Origin: a virus
Length of the DNA: 64,000 nt
Virus record (IMG/VR): IMGVR_UViG_3300045988_135453
Direction: 5' to 3' (one strand)
Translations under genes and position numbers: made by a program
Shown: positions 42,426-52,610 of the stretch, in pieces
How positions within the stretch are numbered: the stretch's first letter is position 1
Layout of the letters: the number at the start of each line of letters is the position of its first letter
Notes under the pieces: model-generated
What the model saw: the letters and a program-made list of their open reading frames with translations, nothing else
Databases searched by the model: none
What the model was told of the DNA's origin: nothing

Positions 42426-43472
42426 TCAGTATAGAGGACTGCCGTCAATGTCCATCTTGACCGTGAACTCAACAGCATAATATTTTTCCTGCGTGTCGTT
42501 TTTCATTTCATATTCGTCACCGATGCTCAGACGGCACGGCACAAAGAGAGAGCCACACAGCAGCCACACATGGTTAGACATTAAAAACTCGTGAAGATAC
42601 CACGAAAGCCATTCCTCATTTAAAGGATCAGTAGAAAAGCGCCATACCTCCTTGTCAGAGATCTTTCTTACCGTTGCGCGGGAGAACACGTTGAAGGTCT
42701 CCGGCATGGTCTTAATATAATCGGTTGCCTTGTGAGTGAAGGTCTTGCCGCTCACCTGGGGGACACTGATGCTCTCCACCACACCGAAGGAGTTGACGAA
42801 ACGGAATGTTGCGCGGTTCTGTGCTTCGGTGGCGGGAAGGGCATAGAGCTGTTGGTCGCCGACGGTCTGCAAGCCTTCCTTGGTAATGTCAACATAGGAA
42901 GGGGTGGGTGCAACAAGGTCGGCACTTTTAGGAAGGAGTTGTCCCTCGGCGTAAGAAGCCGAATAGACAAAACGGTCGCCCACACACACCAACTGAGGTA
43001 GCGACTGGGGCTTTCGTGACAACCGGGTAACACGCAAGGTGGTGCCCGATGCAGTCAAGCGTTCGCGGTCGGAAAAAGAGCCAAACAAAGTATTCATATA
43101 CTGATCTTCAGCTGGGTACCACAACACATCCGTTGTTTTCAGTTCTCCGTCATACATATACTCGTCATGGGCCTTGACGTTAAACCTAACCAAAGGGTAG
43201 CTCGCCGTCGGGGTTGCCGTATAGGTATAGGCATCATGAAACGAGCGAAGAGCCGACGACACGTCTATCTGTACCGAAGCTCCGTTTTCGGCAAGAACGG
43301 GCTTCGACAGGGATATAGTCTCCATGTTGCCGCCACTCATGCCACACACTACATCAAGGATGACGCGATGAAACGACGGCGGCGTGCCGTAGAAGCGCCG
43401 CGGCTGCACGTTAAACACAATGGGGTTGCCGTTAAGGATAGATCCGGAAGCGAGAGATATTGATGTTGCCAT
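42426..43472 (-). CDS. virion structural protein (unknown role)
   Basis: 348-aa ORF in the structural block. Confidence 0.6.
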   Translation of the reverse strand: MATSISLASGSILNGNPIVFNVQPRRFYGTPPSFHRVILDVVCGMSGGNMETISLSKPVLAENGASVQIDVSSALRSFHDAYTYTATPTASYPLVRFNVKAHDEYMYDGELKTTDVLWYPAEDQYMNTLFGSFSDRERLTASGTTLRVTRLSRKPQSLPQLVCVGDRFVYSASYAEGQLLPKSADLVAPTPSYVDITKEGLQTVGDQQLYALPATEAQNRATFRFVNSFGVVESISVPQVSGKTFTHKATDYIKTMPETFNVFSRATVRKISDKEVWRFSTDPLNEEWLSWYLHEFLMSNHVWLLCGSLFVPCRLSIGDEYEMKNDTQEKYYAVEFTVKMDIDGSPLY

Positions 43473-43535
43473 AATTTATCTTGTTGTTTTGTTGATCATT
43501 GCTGCTTGCATATAATATATAAGGAGATACGAGGA

Positions 43536-46328
43536 TCAGAACGCATAGACCTCCATTTCCACCTCGCCCATGCCGTCGGTGCCTGTTATCGTGGTGTTGA
43601 CCTTGTTGACAAGACACTTGCGCCCTCCGATGTTCCACCACTCCTTCCAGTGGTTGGGAATGTCGGCTATCTGCGCAACTGTAGCGAGGCAACGCACATA
43701 AAATTTCTTGCGGTTAAGCAGGAAATATACGTTATCAACCAGGAACGTGTCTATCCATCCGCGGTTCTTGACCGAAGGTGTGCTGACCACAAGCGGACTG
43801 ACCGCCCAATCGGGCTGCACCCATGCGCGTGGAGTGAGAGAGAAATGCTCTTCGGTATCAACGCTGTTATAGGCGTAAGAATTGCCGTAGTTGTCGATAG
43901 AGTCGGATGTGACGGCGTAGTTGCCCACCGTTGTGCGCCATTTGGAGTTTCCGAAGCCGTCATAATCGTAATCGTAGGTCTCACGACTTGATCCATCTCC
44001 ACCTCCACGCATGATGGCGACGGTGAGTCCCCAGTCGTATGACTGCAAAGGCGAGTTTCCGTCATCGGTTTTCGAGGGGTCATAGCTCTCACGCAGCGAC
44101 AGCACCTCGGTGACATAGAAGTCGGCAACGGTAGAGGAGAGTGGGTTCTTGATATACTGCTCCACAAACTCATGTTCCATGTCGGTATCTATGAACGGCA
44201 CCATTACACACTCGGCTTTATTGCTGTTCACCTCGGTGGCCATATAGCCGTCAATGTTGCTACCCTCAGACGGCTGTACATCCCCGTCGGTATAGAAGAA
44301 GCGGTCGAAGCTCGCCGAGAGAGCTTTACGGTAGTTGGTATCTACGAGAGGCACGGGCACAAAGTCGGATTTATACTCCTGCACATAGTCTTCGTTGACA
44401 TCAGAGCAGTCGCCAAACTCAACACCCTTGTATGCAGCTACGCGAAACAACCGCGGGCGCATGTCGTTGGTGTTGGTAAACTGAGAGTCTATCTTCACGC
44501 GATAACTGTTGCCTGTCTGCATGTCCACGAACACATTCATCTGTCCGTTGTAGACCGTATGTATGATCTCCTTGTAAGTGAGCGACGTTACCGTGCGGTC
44601 CTTCGGGTATTCAATATAGTCGTAGTCGGTCGCATAGTCCTTGATGTTGTCCGTTATATTCTTCTTCTGTTCCTTGCTCTCGCTCTCGGCCGAATAGCCC
44701 ACGCGCACACCCGTGATCTTCTCCGTGATCGGCACCATTGACAGAATTTCGGCGTTGAAAGGCCGTGGCTTGTCGTTCTGTTTGCGGAAAACATCGCGTA
44801 TGAGGTAAGCCGTGACGTGCTTGCGCTCATAGTCGTAATAAAACTTGATGCCAAACTGCTGCTCAAGCGAGTCGATGACCGACTGCACGTCCTCGTCAGG
44901 GAAATTTCTCTCGTTGGCATACATGTTGACCACGCTCGCGTTCATCTCGGCTGCCGTTATGTAGCTCTTCGATGTAATGCTCGCCACGCCGTCCTGTCCC
45001 ACGATGGCTGTTTTCTTGCTGTCCTCCTTCATCTTCACGATCTCGGCTTTCTTGAACACCTTGTCGGGGAAGCGGTTATCAATGTCATCGACAAAGCGGA
45101 ACATAACAGGATAGTAGACAATCTGCTGCAAGGTCTTGTCTTTCGGGTTTTCCAGTTTTAGCTTGCCGCCACAACCGCGCGAGTCGAGCCACTCGTTTAC
45201 GCTGTTAAACAGATTTTTCAGCGCATCCTTGCCCGATGAGCAGGTTTTGCGGAAACAGCCATACTTTATGTCTCCCACCTTCTTCTTGCCTGCCAACACC
45301 TCGGGATCGTTCTCCTTATAAGTGTCGCCATAATGTAGCGGCTTGGTGTCGTAGGCACACTTGGTCGTGAAGAAGCAGAGGCGTTTGAAGTCGCCGACAG
45401 CCGTGAGAGCCGAGTTGTCAAACGTCACGCCGAGATGATCGAAAAGACAGTCAAGAAAGAACAGCACATAGAAACAGATGCCCGACTGGGGACGGTCGGC
45501 ATCGAGTGCCCAGATAGGACCGCAATCTTCAAACATCTCCTTGCCGTCATCCTCCTTAAGATATTCAACGAGCGAGTCGGATGTGGTGCCGTCGTCGTTG
45601 ATGTCGTGGTGGCCGTAGCACACGCGGGCGTTGCAGAATGGTTTTACGGGATATGGATCGCTGACGTTGATATACGACTGCTCCACCTCCGGCATGGTCA
45701 CTTTCGTGCCATCAGTGTAGACGCGATCCTCTTTCTTGTAAGCCAGAAACGACGGGGTTTCATGACACTTTCCGGGGAAAGAGAAACCGAGGGCCTGGGG
45801 GGAGAACGTGCCCGACGTTCTGTAGCTGCCCACCGAACCAATCTTCTTGTTGCCCTTCTTGCCTTCATATTGCACCACCACGTCGGTGGTGTAGCTCACG
45901 TTCACGTTTACCTCGTCAATCTTCTCGCCTATAAGTAGACTGTCATGATATTTTGCAGGAATGGGGACCTCGTTACATTTCAGGTTACTTATAAGATCAG
46001 CAAACGACTGCACGCTTGCATCGATGCTCAGGGACAGGGTGTCATCTACACGCTCGTCTTCCTGAATGACGGCAGGACCGAACGCGAGAGGCACACCGTC
46101 GGCAAGGATCTGTATGGGCATGTGCTCGTAGCTCATAGGGCGCACGGCCGAGTTGACATCATCAATGTTTTTCAAGACGTGCCTGTTGCCATCTACAGGC
46201 AACGCCACGGGATAGGAAAACATCTCCACATCGTTGAATAGCGGATTGCTCAGTTCGAGCTGAACCGAGCAGTCTTCGCTGACGGTAAGGGGAGTGTTCT
46301 TAGCAAGTATAGTCAGTTTGCTGTTCAT
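43536..46328 (-). CDS. large virion structural protein (baseplate or tail candidate)
   Basis: 930-aa ORF in the structural block. Confidence 0.6.
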   Translation of the reverse strand: MNSKLTILAKNTPLTVSEDCSVQLELSNPLFNDVEMFSYPVALPVDGNRHVLKNIDDVNSAVRPMSYEHMPIQILADGVPLAFGPAVIQEDERVDDTLSLSIDASVQSFADLISNLKCNEVPIPAKYHDSLLIGEKIDEVNVNVSYTTDVVVQYEGKKGNKKIGSVGSYRTSGTFSPQALGFSFPGKCHETPSFLAYKKEDRVYTDGTKVTMPEVEQSYINVSDPYPVKPFCNARVCYGHHDINDDGTTSDSLVEYLKEDDGKEMFEDCGPIWALDADRPQSGICFYVLFFLDCLFDHLGVTFDNSALTAVGDFKRLCFFTTKCAYDTKPLHYGDTYKENDPEVLAGKKKVGDIKYGCFRKTCSSGKDALKNLFNSVNEWLDSRGCGGKLKLENPKDKTLQQIVYYPVMFRFVDDIDNRFPDKVFKKAEIVKMKEDSKKTAIVGQDGVASITSKSYITAAEMNASVVNMYANERNFPDEDVQSVIDSLEQQFGIKFYYDYERKHVTAYLIRDVFRKQNDKPRPFNAEILSMVPITEKITGVRVGYSAESESKEQKKNITDNIKDYATDYDYIEYPKDRTVTSLTYKEIIHTVYNGQMNVFVDMQTGNSYRVKIDSQFTNTNDMRPRLFRVAAYKGVEFGDCSDVNEDYVQEYKSDFVPVPLVDTNYRKALSASFDRFFYTDGDVQPSEGSNIDGYMATEVNSNKAECVMVPFIDTDMEHEFVEQYIKNPLSSTVADFYVTEVLSLRESYDPSKTDDGNSPLQSYDWGLTVAIMRGGGDGSSRETYDYDYDGFGNSKWRTTVGNYAVTSDSIDNYGNSYAYNSVDTEEHFSLTPRAWVQPDWAVSPLVVSTPSVKNRGWIDTFLVDNVYFLLNRKKFYVRCLATVAQIADIPNHWKEWWNIGGRKCLVNKVNTTITGTDGMGEVEMEVYAF

Positions 46329-46376
46329 TGTTTCTGTTTTTATATGTATTGTTTCGTGTTGCTGTCTTCATGCGCG

Positions 46377-47024
46377 TCACACCACGATGTGGGCGTTGCC
46401 ATATAACGTAATGTTACGGTCGGTCTTGCTGAACACCTTTGTGTCGCCGAAGGCCGATATTGTGCGATAGCCCTCGGCGTGTACCTCGCCCCCATGTGCC
46501 TCACAGGACGTGCCGTCATGGAGCCATGCCTTTGTTGCCGAAAACCAAAGACGGGAGAAGCCGTAGGCTATGACGTGACCCTTGCCGATATGTCCGTAAG
46601 CGTGTTGTCTCAAAATGATGCGGGCATCGTCGCTCTTTTTGCTATAGACCTGACTGTGACCCCACGCCCAGACGTTGGCTGCACCCAAGACATAACACCG
46701 GGCATGGTCATGAATCTCAACAACGTCATCACAGTCGGTCACGATAACAAGAATGTTCACATGAGCCACCTTGGGACATTCGTTCACATAGATGCCGGCA
46801 GCGTTCATCTCTTTTTTTAACGAAGGATATAAGGACGGAAGCTTTTCATTAATAATGTCGGCATATTTGCTTTCAACAACATCCTCCCAGTTGGCTCGCC
46901 ACACAGCCATGAGCTGACTGATGTTTTCGGCGGCGAGCATGGCACGATAGCCTTCGGTGCAAGCCTTGCGCTCATGACAGGCTTCTGTACAGAGAGCTTT
47001 TAGCGTTTCAAAAGAATTTTTCAT
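46377..47024 (-). CDS. hypothetical structural-block protein
   Basis: 215-aa ORF from the ORF track. Confidence 0.6.
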   Translation of the reverse strand: MKNSFETLKALCTEACHERKACTEGYRAMLAAENISQLMAVWRANWEDVVESKYADIINEKLPSLYPSLKKEMNAAGIYVNECPKVAHVNILVIVTDCDDVVEIHDHARCYVLGAANVWAWGHSQVYSKKSDDARIILRQHAYGHIGKGHVIAYGFSRLWFSATKAWLHDGTSCEAHGGEVHAEGYRTISAFGDTKVFSKTDRNITLYGNAHIVV

Positions 47025-47039
47025 CGTGTTATCGTTTTT

Positions 47040-48113
47040 CTATTGGATTCTTCGTTCTTCACTCTCCACTTCTTCCTTAACTTTAAGGAGGATTGCCTCG
47101 TAGCCCTTCAGTTCGTCTTCGGTCACGATGTCGGCGTAGTTCTTGCGGAGTTTTTCTATGCGGTCGGTAAGGCCCTTTACGCGGGCTTTGGTCGATGGTT
47201 TGTCCTTGCGCATGATGTACTTAATGAGAGCGTCGGCTTCGGCTTTGTGCTTGGCTGCTGCGTCGCGGGCGGCTTTCACCTCGGGTCGGTCGTTGGCTAT
47301 CTTGTCGGCTACCGACTGTGCGAAGAGAGGGTCGCGGGAGAGTGCCTTGTCGTAGAAAGGGCGGAACTGAGCGCGTAGGTTCTGTGGTGGCACGTTGCAC
47401 GCTTTCTCTATTCGGGCGATGTATTCGGGGTCGCCGGTGCGCGGTGATAGGCGAAGGTATGCCTCGCCTATTTCGCGGTCAACGTTGATGTAGATACGAG
47501 GCAGGATTTCGCTTTCTATCTTTACGGCACGGGTGGCGAGAAGGGCAATCTCTTCTTCGGTGTAGATAGGTCTGCCAGCCTTCTCGTTGGCTTCGGCCAT
47601 GGTCTTGGCTTGCTCTGCCTTTGCTGCCATCTCGTTGCGCAAGGAGCGCACTGTGTTGACCTGCTCTTGCAGACGTTCGGAGAGGAACGGTCGGAGCTGC
47701 ATGAGGTTGGGCATGGTGGACGCAATGGTCTCGCCGTTGGGGTTGGCTACGATGCCGCCGTAGGTGAGAGGCTGCAAGGTGAGGTCGGGCTTTAGGTCGG
47801 GGAAGAGCGAGCGACGCGCTTCCTCAAGAGCCTTCTCTTTCTGCTGCTCGGCATAGAGGGCCTGTTCCTCCTTGGTGGGGCGACCGACGTGACGCTTTAT
47901 CTCCGTACAAGAGGTCTGCATGGTTTGCAGATAGGTGAGGAGCTGACGCACACGACGATGATAGTCGCGGAAACGGCGGCTCTCCTTTACGAACGACATT
48001 GCCCGTGGGTTCTGCTCAAGAAGAGTAAGACCACGCTCGAAGGCTTCACGCTGGTCGGAGGTGAGGATGCGAGCGGTGAGGGCAGGGGTTAGGATGCGGA
48101 TTATTTCTTCCAT
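47040..48113 (-). CDS. alpha-helical protein (scaffold-like by composition only)
   Basis: 357 aa, rich in E/K/A/R. Confidence 0.55.
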   Translation of the reverse strand: MEEIIRILTPALTARILTSDQREAFERGLTLLEQNPRAMSFVKESRRFRDYHRRVRQLLTYLQTMQTSCTEIKRHVGRPTKEEQALYAEQQKEKALEEARRSLFPDLKPDLTLQPLTYGGIVANPNGETIASTMPNLMQLRPFLSERLQEQVNTVRSLRNEMAAKAEQAKTMAEANEKAGRPIYTEEEIALLATRAVKIESEILPRIYINVDREIGEAYLRLSPRTGDPEYIARIEKACNVPPQNLRAQFRPFYDKALSRDPLFAQSVADKIANDRPEVKAARDAAAKHKAEADALIKYIMRKDKPSTKARVKGLTDRIEKLRKNYADIVTEDELKGYEAILLKVKEEVESEERRIQ

Positions 48114-48138
48114 ATTATAACTAATTTAAATTGTTTTG

Positions 48139-48322
48139 CGCTCAGACGCGGTAACAACAAATTTATCGAATTAACGAATTGTTGGTTACGGCGAATTGAA
48201 TTTTATTTTAAACTACGAATTTCGCGAATTTCACAAATGTTTTTTTCGTGTAATTAGCGTAATTCGTAGTTGACTTCCTAATTCGTTAATTCGTTGTTCT
48301 GCCGAGCGGCACCGTCTGAGGC
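48139..48322. repeat. ~185-bp nested imperfect palindrome
   Basis: Three nested arm pairs: ctcagacg/cgtctgag; cgaattaacgaatt/aattcgttaattcg (14 nt, perfect); aactacgaatttcgcgaatttcac/gtgtaattagcgtaattcgtagtt. Confidence 0.75.
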
Positions 48323-48328
48323 TATTTT

Positions 48329-49363
48329 CTAATACAGTAGTGGCGACACGAATATCTTGCTGTCTGGTTGGTTGTTCTCGTAGCCTTTGCTTGTTGAGTC
48401 GGTGGTGTTGGTTGAGGACTTGTCTGGGGTGTAGTTGGCGGCATCCACTGCCTTGCGCATTTCCATGAGCCGGAGCACCGAAGATCGTAGGGCGATGGCT
48501 TCGTTGTGGGCAGCGGCTCGGCGTGCCTTGTCAATAGTGAGAATTGATGTGCGCTCTTCGAGGTGGGCCACCATCAGACGACGTACCTTGCGAAGGAGTG
48601 GCTTGTCGGCAGGGTCGTCGGTATGGAGCAGACGCTGCACCGTGTCCTCGCCAATAGCCTCACTGATGTATTCGTCTTGAATGAAGTGGAGGTCGGGCAG
48701 AAGACGGATGAACTTCTCACGGCTCTCGTAGATGTCAAGATAGTGCTGAAGGTCGGCACAGGTGGCAATGAGGAGGTCATGGTGAAGGTAGTAGTACTGA
48801 CTCTCCTGCCATAATAGGCTTATCTCCTCAATGGCTTTATGCTGCTCGTCTGGGGGGTCGGTGGTCGGTGGCTCGGTGGAGTCGGCATCGGCGATGGGTG
48901 CGGGTGTAGTCATCTTACGCGCCCAACCTTCGAGCATCACAAGCATTTGGTTGAGCGACACCATTGCCTCGCGCTTGTAGCCTTGCACTCCCTTGTCGAG
49001 GAGGTCTTTGGATGCAGCGCCGTAGTCTTCGCTCGACGTTACGTTGATGCCCGTGCCGTTGATGGAGAGGGCTTGCGTGTAGGCGAAGCGCGACATAGCA
49101 TCATAAACCACCATGCGCTGTGCCATAAGCAGAAGTTGCTGCCAAGGCAGGTGAGTATGCTCGCCGTTGGTGACGGAGAGGTAGAACTCGTCGGGCGAAA
49201 TACTCTGATAATACTCGCACAGTTGGTCGTAGAGCGAGTCGCCTAACTTGTCGCGAAGAAAATCCTTCTCGCTGTTGTCGAGTGTACCTTGAAGAGAACT
49301 TATCTCGTCAATGGCGTTGCTGGGGATGTGGAGTCGTAGCTCCTTGATGGTTGATAAAATCAT
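48329..49363 (-). CDS. hypothetical structural-block protein
   Basis: 344-aa ORF from the ORF track. Confidence 0.65.
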   Translation of the reverse strand: MILSTIKELRLHIPSNAIDEISSLQGTLDNSEKDFLRDKLGDSLYDQLCEYYQSISPDEFYLSVTNGEHTHLPWQQLLLMAQRMVVYDAMSRFAYTQALSINGTGINVTSSEDYGAASKDLLDKGVQGYKREAMVSLNQMLVMLEGWARKMTTPAPIADADSTEPPTTDPPDEQHKAIEEISLLWQESQYYYLHHDLLIATCADLQHYLDIYESREKFIRLLPDLHFIQDEYISEAIGEDTVQRLLHTDDPADKPLLRKVRRLMVAHLEERTSILTIDKARRAAAHNEAIALRSSVLRLMEMRKAVDAANYTPDKSSTNTTDSTSKGYENNQPDSKIFVSPLLY

Positions 49364-49365
49364 AC

Positions 49366-49446
49366 GAGTTTTGAATTTTGAGTTTTGAGTTTTGAATTTT
49401 GAATTGTCGGCAAGCCGATTAGGATTTATCCATTTTTGAGTTGTCA
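49366..49446. repeat. TTGAGTTTTGAATT repeat block plus hairpin tcggc-aa-gccga
   Basis: gagttttgaattttgagttttgagttttgaattttgaatt followed by gtcggcaagccgat. Confidence 0.7.
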
Positions 49447-50217
49447 GAACAGCGTGAGCTGCGCTTGCTCCTGCTTAATGCGCTTGCAAACCTTGTCGTA
49501 ATACTCCTTGTTGAGTTCAAAGCCGATGAAGTTGCGCTTCTCGCGGATGGCTGCAATTGCAGTGGTGCCGCTTCCCATACAGTTGCCTAATATGGTGTCG
49601 CCCTCGTTGGAGTAGGTGCGAATGAGGTACTGAATAAGAGCTACGGGCTTTTGAGTGGGGTGGAAGGTGTCAGCTGAATGTTCCTTATCGAAGCAGATAA
49701 TGCTCTTTGGAAATTTTTCATCTGATACGATAGTAGGCACTTCTTTATGGTCGCCGTAACAACCTCGCTTCAAACTATGAGAACCATCGCCCTTTCGATG
49801 GTTTCGTTGATGTGGCGCACATTTTACCATCTGAGGGTTGTAGATAGGCTGCTTCCGATAGAATACTGCAATATCCTCATGCGAGCGCAGAGGCATCTTG
49901 TTGACATTTAAAAAACCCGTTGCTCTGTTTTTGCTCCAAATAAGATTATATTTCCAAAGTTTCGGCTGCGACATCATAAGCTGTGCAGTGAACATGCCTT
50001 GACAGAAAAGGATAATCGCTGCATTGGGTTTGGCTATGCGTAGATATTCTTTCCATAATGACTCAAGCGGAATAATGCTATCCCATCCCCCTCCCTCGCT
50101 CTGCTTGTTGAGGACACCATACGGCAAATCGCACACAATGCAATCCACACTCCCGTCCGGAATCCTTTTCATTCCTTCGAGGCAGTCTTCATTATATATC
50201 TTATTCAGTTCTATCAT
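49444..50217 (-). CDS. beta-class DNA methyltransferase (N6-adenine or N4-cytosine)
   Basis: Motif IV-like CDLPYG comes before AdoMet motif I GNCMGSGTTAIAA...FIGFE. Note DLPY rather than DPPY/SPPY. Confidence 0.8.
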   Translation of the reverse strand: MIELNKIYNEDCLEGMKRIPDGSVDCIVCDLPYGVLNKQSEGGGWDSIIPLESLWKEYLRIAKPNAAIILFCQGMFTAQLMMSQPKLWKYNLIWSKNRATGFLNVNKMPLRSHEDIAVFYRKQPIYNPQMVKCAPHQRNHRKGDGSHSLKRGCYGDHKEVPTIVSDEKFPKSIICFDKEHSADTFHPTQKPVALIQYLIRTYSNEGDTILGNCMGSGTTAIAAIREKRNFIGFELNKEYYDKVCKRIKQEQAQLTLF

Positions 50218-50239
50218 TCTCTATATTATTTGTTCGTTA

Positions 50240-52000
50240 CTATTCCTGCATCGTCACCCCCGTTTTAGAGTTATCCAGTGTGGTGAGCACTTCTCGGTCA
50301 ATCTGCCACACTAAGTGAGAATCCCATTCGTTGAAGCGTGAGATCACCTCCAATGGTCGGAGCATGAGCTGCTGCAATGGGGCAAACTGGATTTGCTTTA
50401 CGAGGAAACGCTCGCGGAGGTCGGTGCCGCCCGATGATGTAGCGTCGCCTGGGGTGTTGCCTATGAGCTTCGAGTCCAAGCCCATGGCGAAGAAGATGAT
50501 GGATGATATTTCCTGAAGCTCGGTTTTTTCGGCTTGCGCTTGCGAGTTGGCCTTGGTCTCAATCTCCACAATCTCCCACGCCTTGTGCTCCTTGCCGTCC
50601 AATCCGGTGAACACGGCAGAGATAAGAGCCTGACCTGCGTTGTCGGGATTAGACAGCCAGCGGTTGATGTCGGTGAACACCTCCTGTTGAATCTGAGCCA
50701 TCGTCTTGCTCTTGTTCTCGCCCTGCTGGGTGTAGAGCTGCTTGAGATATTCCTGATGGATGTAGATCACGCGACCGATGATGTTGCTGTTGCGCTTGCG
50801 AGTTAGTCGGTCGTCGATGATGGTGAAGGCATACTCAAAGATGCTTCCGGCAAAGATGCTGTGCCACATGGCATCGGCATAGTAAGGACCTCCGAAGTCG
50901 CGTGGCGACATGATGAAGCGGGTGGGACGGTTCTTGCGGCTCACACGCTGCTGACGTGCCTCACGCACATGGCGGTTGAGGTCAGCTACGGCTGTGTCGG
51001 CTGCAAGATAAGGCACGGCGGCAATGCGACGGTCGGTTTCGGTGAGCGTCTGGGTGGAGTCGAGCCATTGATTGGAGAGGTAGGCATAGTTGATGCGATA
51101 CTGACTATCCATGCGCTCCAGTCGGGTAGTGAACACCGAGCGTGGCTTTATGCCGACAATCTTCGGGTTCCATTGCGACGTAGGCACGGGGCGGCCATTC
51201 TCGTCCAACTGGCGTTGGTTAAGCTGCAACTCGCAGAAGCATTGCGACATGAGCGACATATCGCCTGCCATCTCAAGGTAGGTCTTGTGGAGGTCGTTGT
51301 TCTCAACAAACGCCTGCAACTCCTCATCGGTGCGCTCCCATTCTTTCAGTGCCGCCTTGAGCGACTTCATCTCTTCGCTGTCTTCACTATCAGAATTGTT
51401 CGCCGATTGTGAGAGTTGATTAACCGATTTTGAGAATTGGTTATCCGATTGTGAAGATTGATTATCCGAATCTGACATTTGCTTTTCCTTAGCCTTGAGG
51501 TCGGCTATCTGTCCGCGGAGCAAGGTGCCAGCCGAAGGGTAGGGGATAGACTTCTCGGTGATATTGCCACCGACGTATTGCGTGTAGTGATACTTGGGCG
51601 AAGGACCACGGCCAACGAGAATTTTCTTCACGAAGTCAACTCCCGCTGCTGTGAAGGGCGACATCTTGGAGAGCAGATACACGAGGTTAGGCAGTCGGTT
51701 GCCCAATCCCCACTCCATAAAGCCAAGGTCGGGTGTGCCCACACCCTGCGGCTTAGCTTTGTTCTCGCCACCGCTTGAACCGAACACGGCGGAAATCTCC
51801 CGTCTTGCCGCATTGCCTTCCGCTCCGGTCATGGTGGCGGAAGCCGTGAGCTTCTGGTGAATGTAATCGCCCCACGAACACACACTGCTGCCTCCCTGCT
51901 TGGGCGCACAGAACGCGCCAGGCAGAACGGCCTCGTAGCCTTGCGACTGGAGCTCCTCACTACGCTGTTGGAGCTCGCTTAAGTTGCTAACTGTTGTCAT
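50240..52000 (-). CDS. portal-like protein (tentative)
   Basis: 586 aa. First gene after a terminator/promoter pair, at the head of the structural block. Carries an internal heptapeptide repeat insert. Confidence 0.45.
   Translation of the reverse strand: MTTVSNLSELQQRSEELQSQGYEAVLPGAFCAPKQGGSSVCSWGDYIHQKLTASATMTGAEGNAARREISAVFGSSGGENKAKPQGVGTPDLGFMEWGLGNRLPNLVYLLSKMSPFTAAGVDFVKKILVGRGPSPKYHYTQYVGGNITEKSIPYPSAGTLLRGQIADLKAKEKQMSDSDNQSSQSDNQFSKSVNQLSQSANNSDSEDSEEMKSLKAALKEWERTDEELQAFVENNDLHKTYLEMAGDMSLMSQCFCELQLNQRQLDENGRPVPTSQWNPKIVGIKPRSVFTTRLERMDSQYRINYAYLSNQWLDSTQTLTETDRRIAAVPYLAADTAVADLNRHVREARQQRVSRKNRPTRFIMSPRDFGGPYYADAMWHSIFAGSIFEYAFTIIDDRLTRKRNSNIIGRVIYIHQEYLKQLYTQQGENKSKTMAQIQQEVFTDINRWLSNPDNAGQALISAVFTGLDGKEHKAWEIVEIETKANSQAQAEKTELQEISSIIFFAMGLDSKLIGNTPGDATSSGGTDLRERFLVKQIQFAPLQQLMLRPLEVISRFNEWDSHLVWQIDREVLTTLDNSKTGVTMQE
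51403..51465 (-). repeat. three full 21-bp tandem repeats inside the portal-like gene
   Basis: ccgattgtgagagttgattaa / ccgattttgagaattggttat / ccgattgtgaagattgattat, with partial copies on both sides. Encodes DSDNQSS-QSDNQFS-KSVNQLS-QSANNSD. Confidence 0.85.
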
Positions 52001-52038
52001 TGTGTTGAATATGTGTTTTGTTGAATGTTTTTATAATG

Positions 52039-52046
52039 CAAATATA
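52039..52046 (-). promoter_or_regulatory. -7 box TATATTTG upstream of the portal-like gene
   Basis: Reverse complement of caaatata, about 38 nt before ATG 52000. No clear -33 TTTG. Confidence 0.35.
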
Positions 52047-52097
52047 GGGAAAGACGGGGAGAAGGGGCGGACATGCTCGGGGAGGGAATAAACAAAA

Positions 52098-52127
52098 AGC
52101 CCTGCTATCCTCACGGACGGCAGAGCT
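52098..52127 (-). terminator. rho-independent terminator after the 52199 gene
   Basis: Stem agctctgc/gcagggct with a 14-nt loop, followed by TTTTTGTTT on the minus strand. Confidence 0.6.
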
Positions 52128-52198
52128 AAATGGAAAGTTCGAAGTTCTATATTATCAATGAAAACATCCAGTCAAAATATATTGTTAGTTGCGCCCGC

Positions 52199-52579
52199 CT
52201 ACATGTCGTAGTCGCACATCTCGTTGCCCGAGCATAGCTCGTAGTTCTCCACATTCTCGATCACCATATCCTCATTACAGAACTGCTTGATAATGATCTT
52301 GCGGTTCTTCGGGTCAGGGTGTACGCTACGGATATTGTTGTTAGAGACCCATATCGGATAGTTGCTATCTTTGGTATAAACCGCGAGATACCACGGTCCG
52401 GTCTTGTACTGCTCCATCACCAATGCAATCTTGGAGTTTAGAAGCGATGAAACCTTGTCGATGGCTTTCTCAATGAACGCCTCCTTGTGTTTTGCGTTGA
52501 ACTTGTCTATCCATGCTGCAAAAATGGTGAACAACAGGATGATGAGGATCACGATGAGTGTTGAAAAAATGAAATTCAT
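52199..52579 (-). CDS. membrane-anchored protein
   Basis: 126 aa with N-terminal helix MNFIFSTLIVILIILLFTIFAAWI. Confidence 0.6.
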   Translation of the reverse strand: MNFIFSTLIVILIILLFTIFAAWIDKFNAKHKEAFIEKAIDKVSSLLNSKIALVMEQYKTGPWYLAVYTKDSNYPIWVSNNNIRSVHPDPKNRKIIIKQFCNEDMVIENVENYELCSGNEMCDYDM

Positions 52580-52610
52580 AATTGTTTTTGTTTAATTGTT
52601 ATTGTTTATA

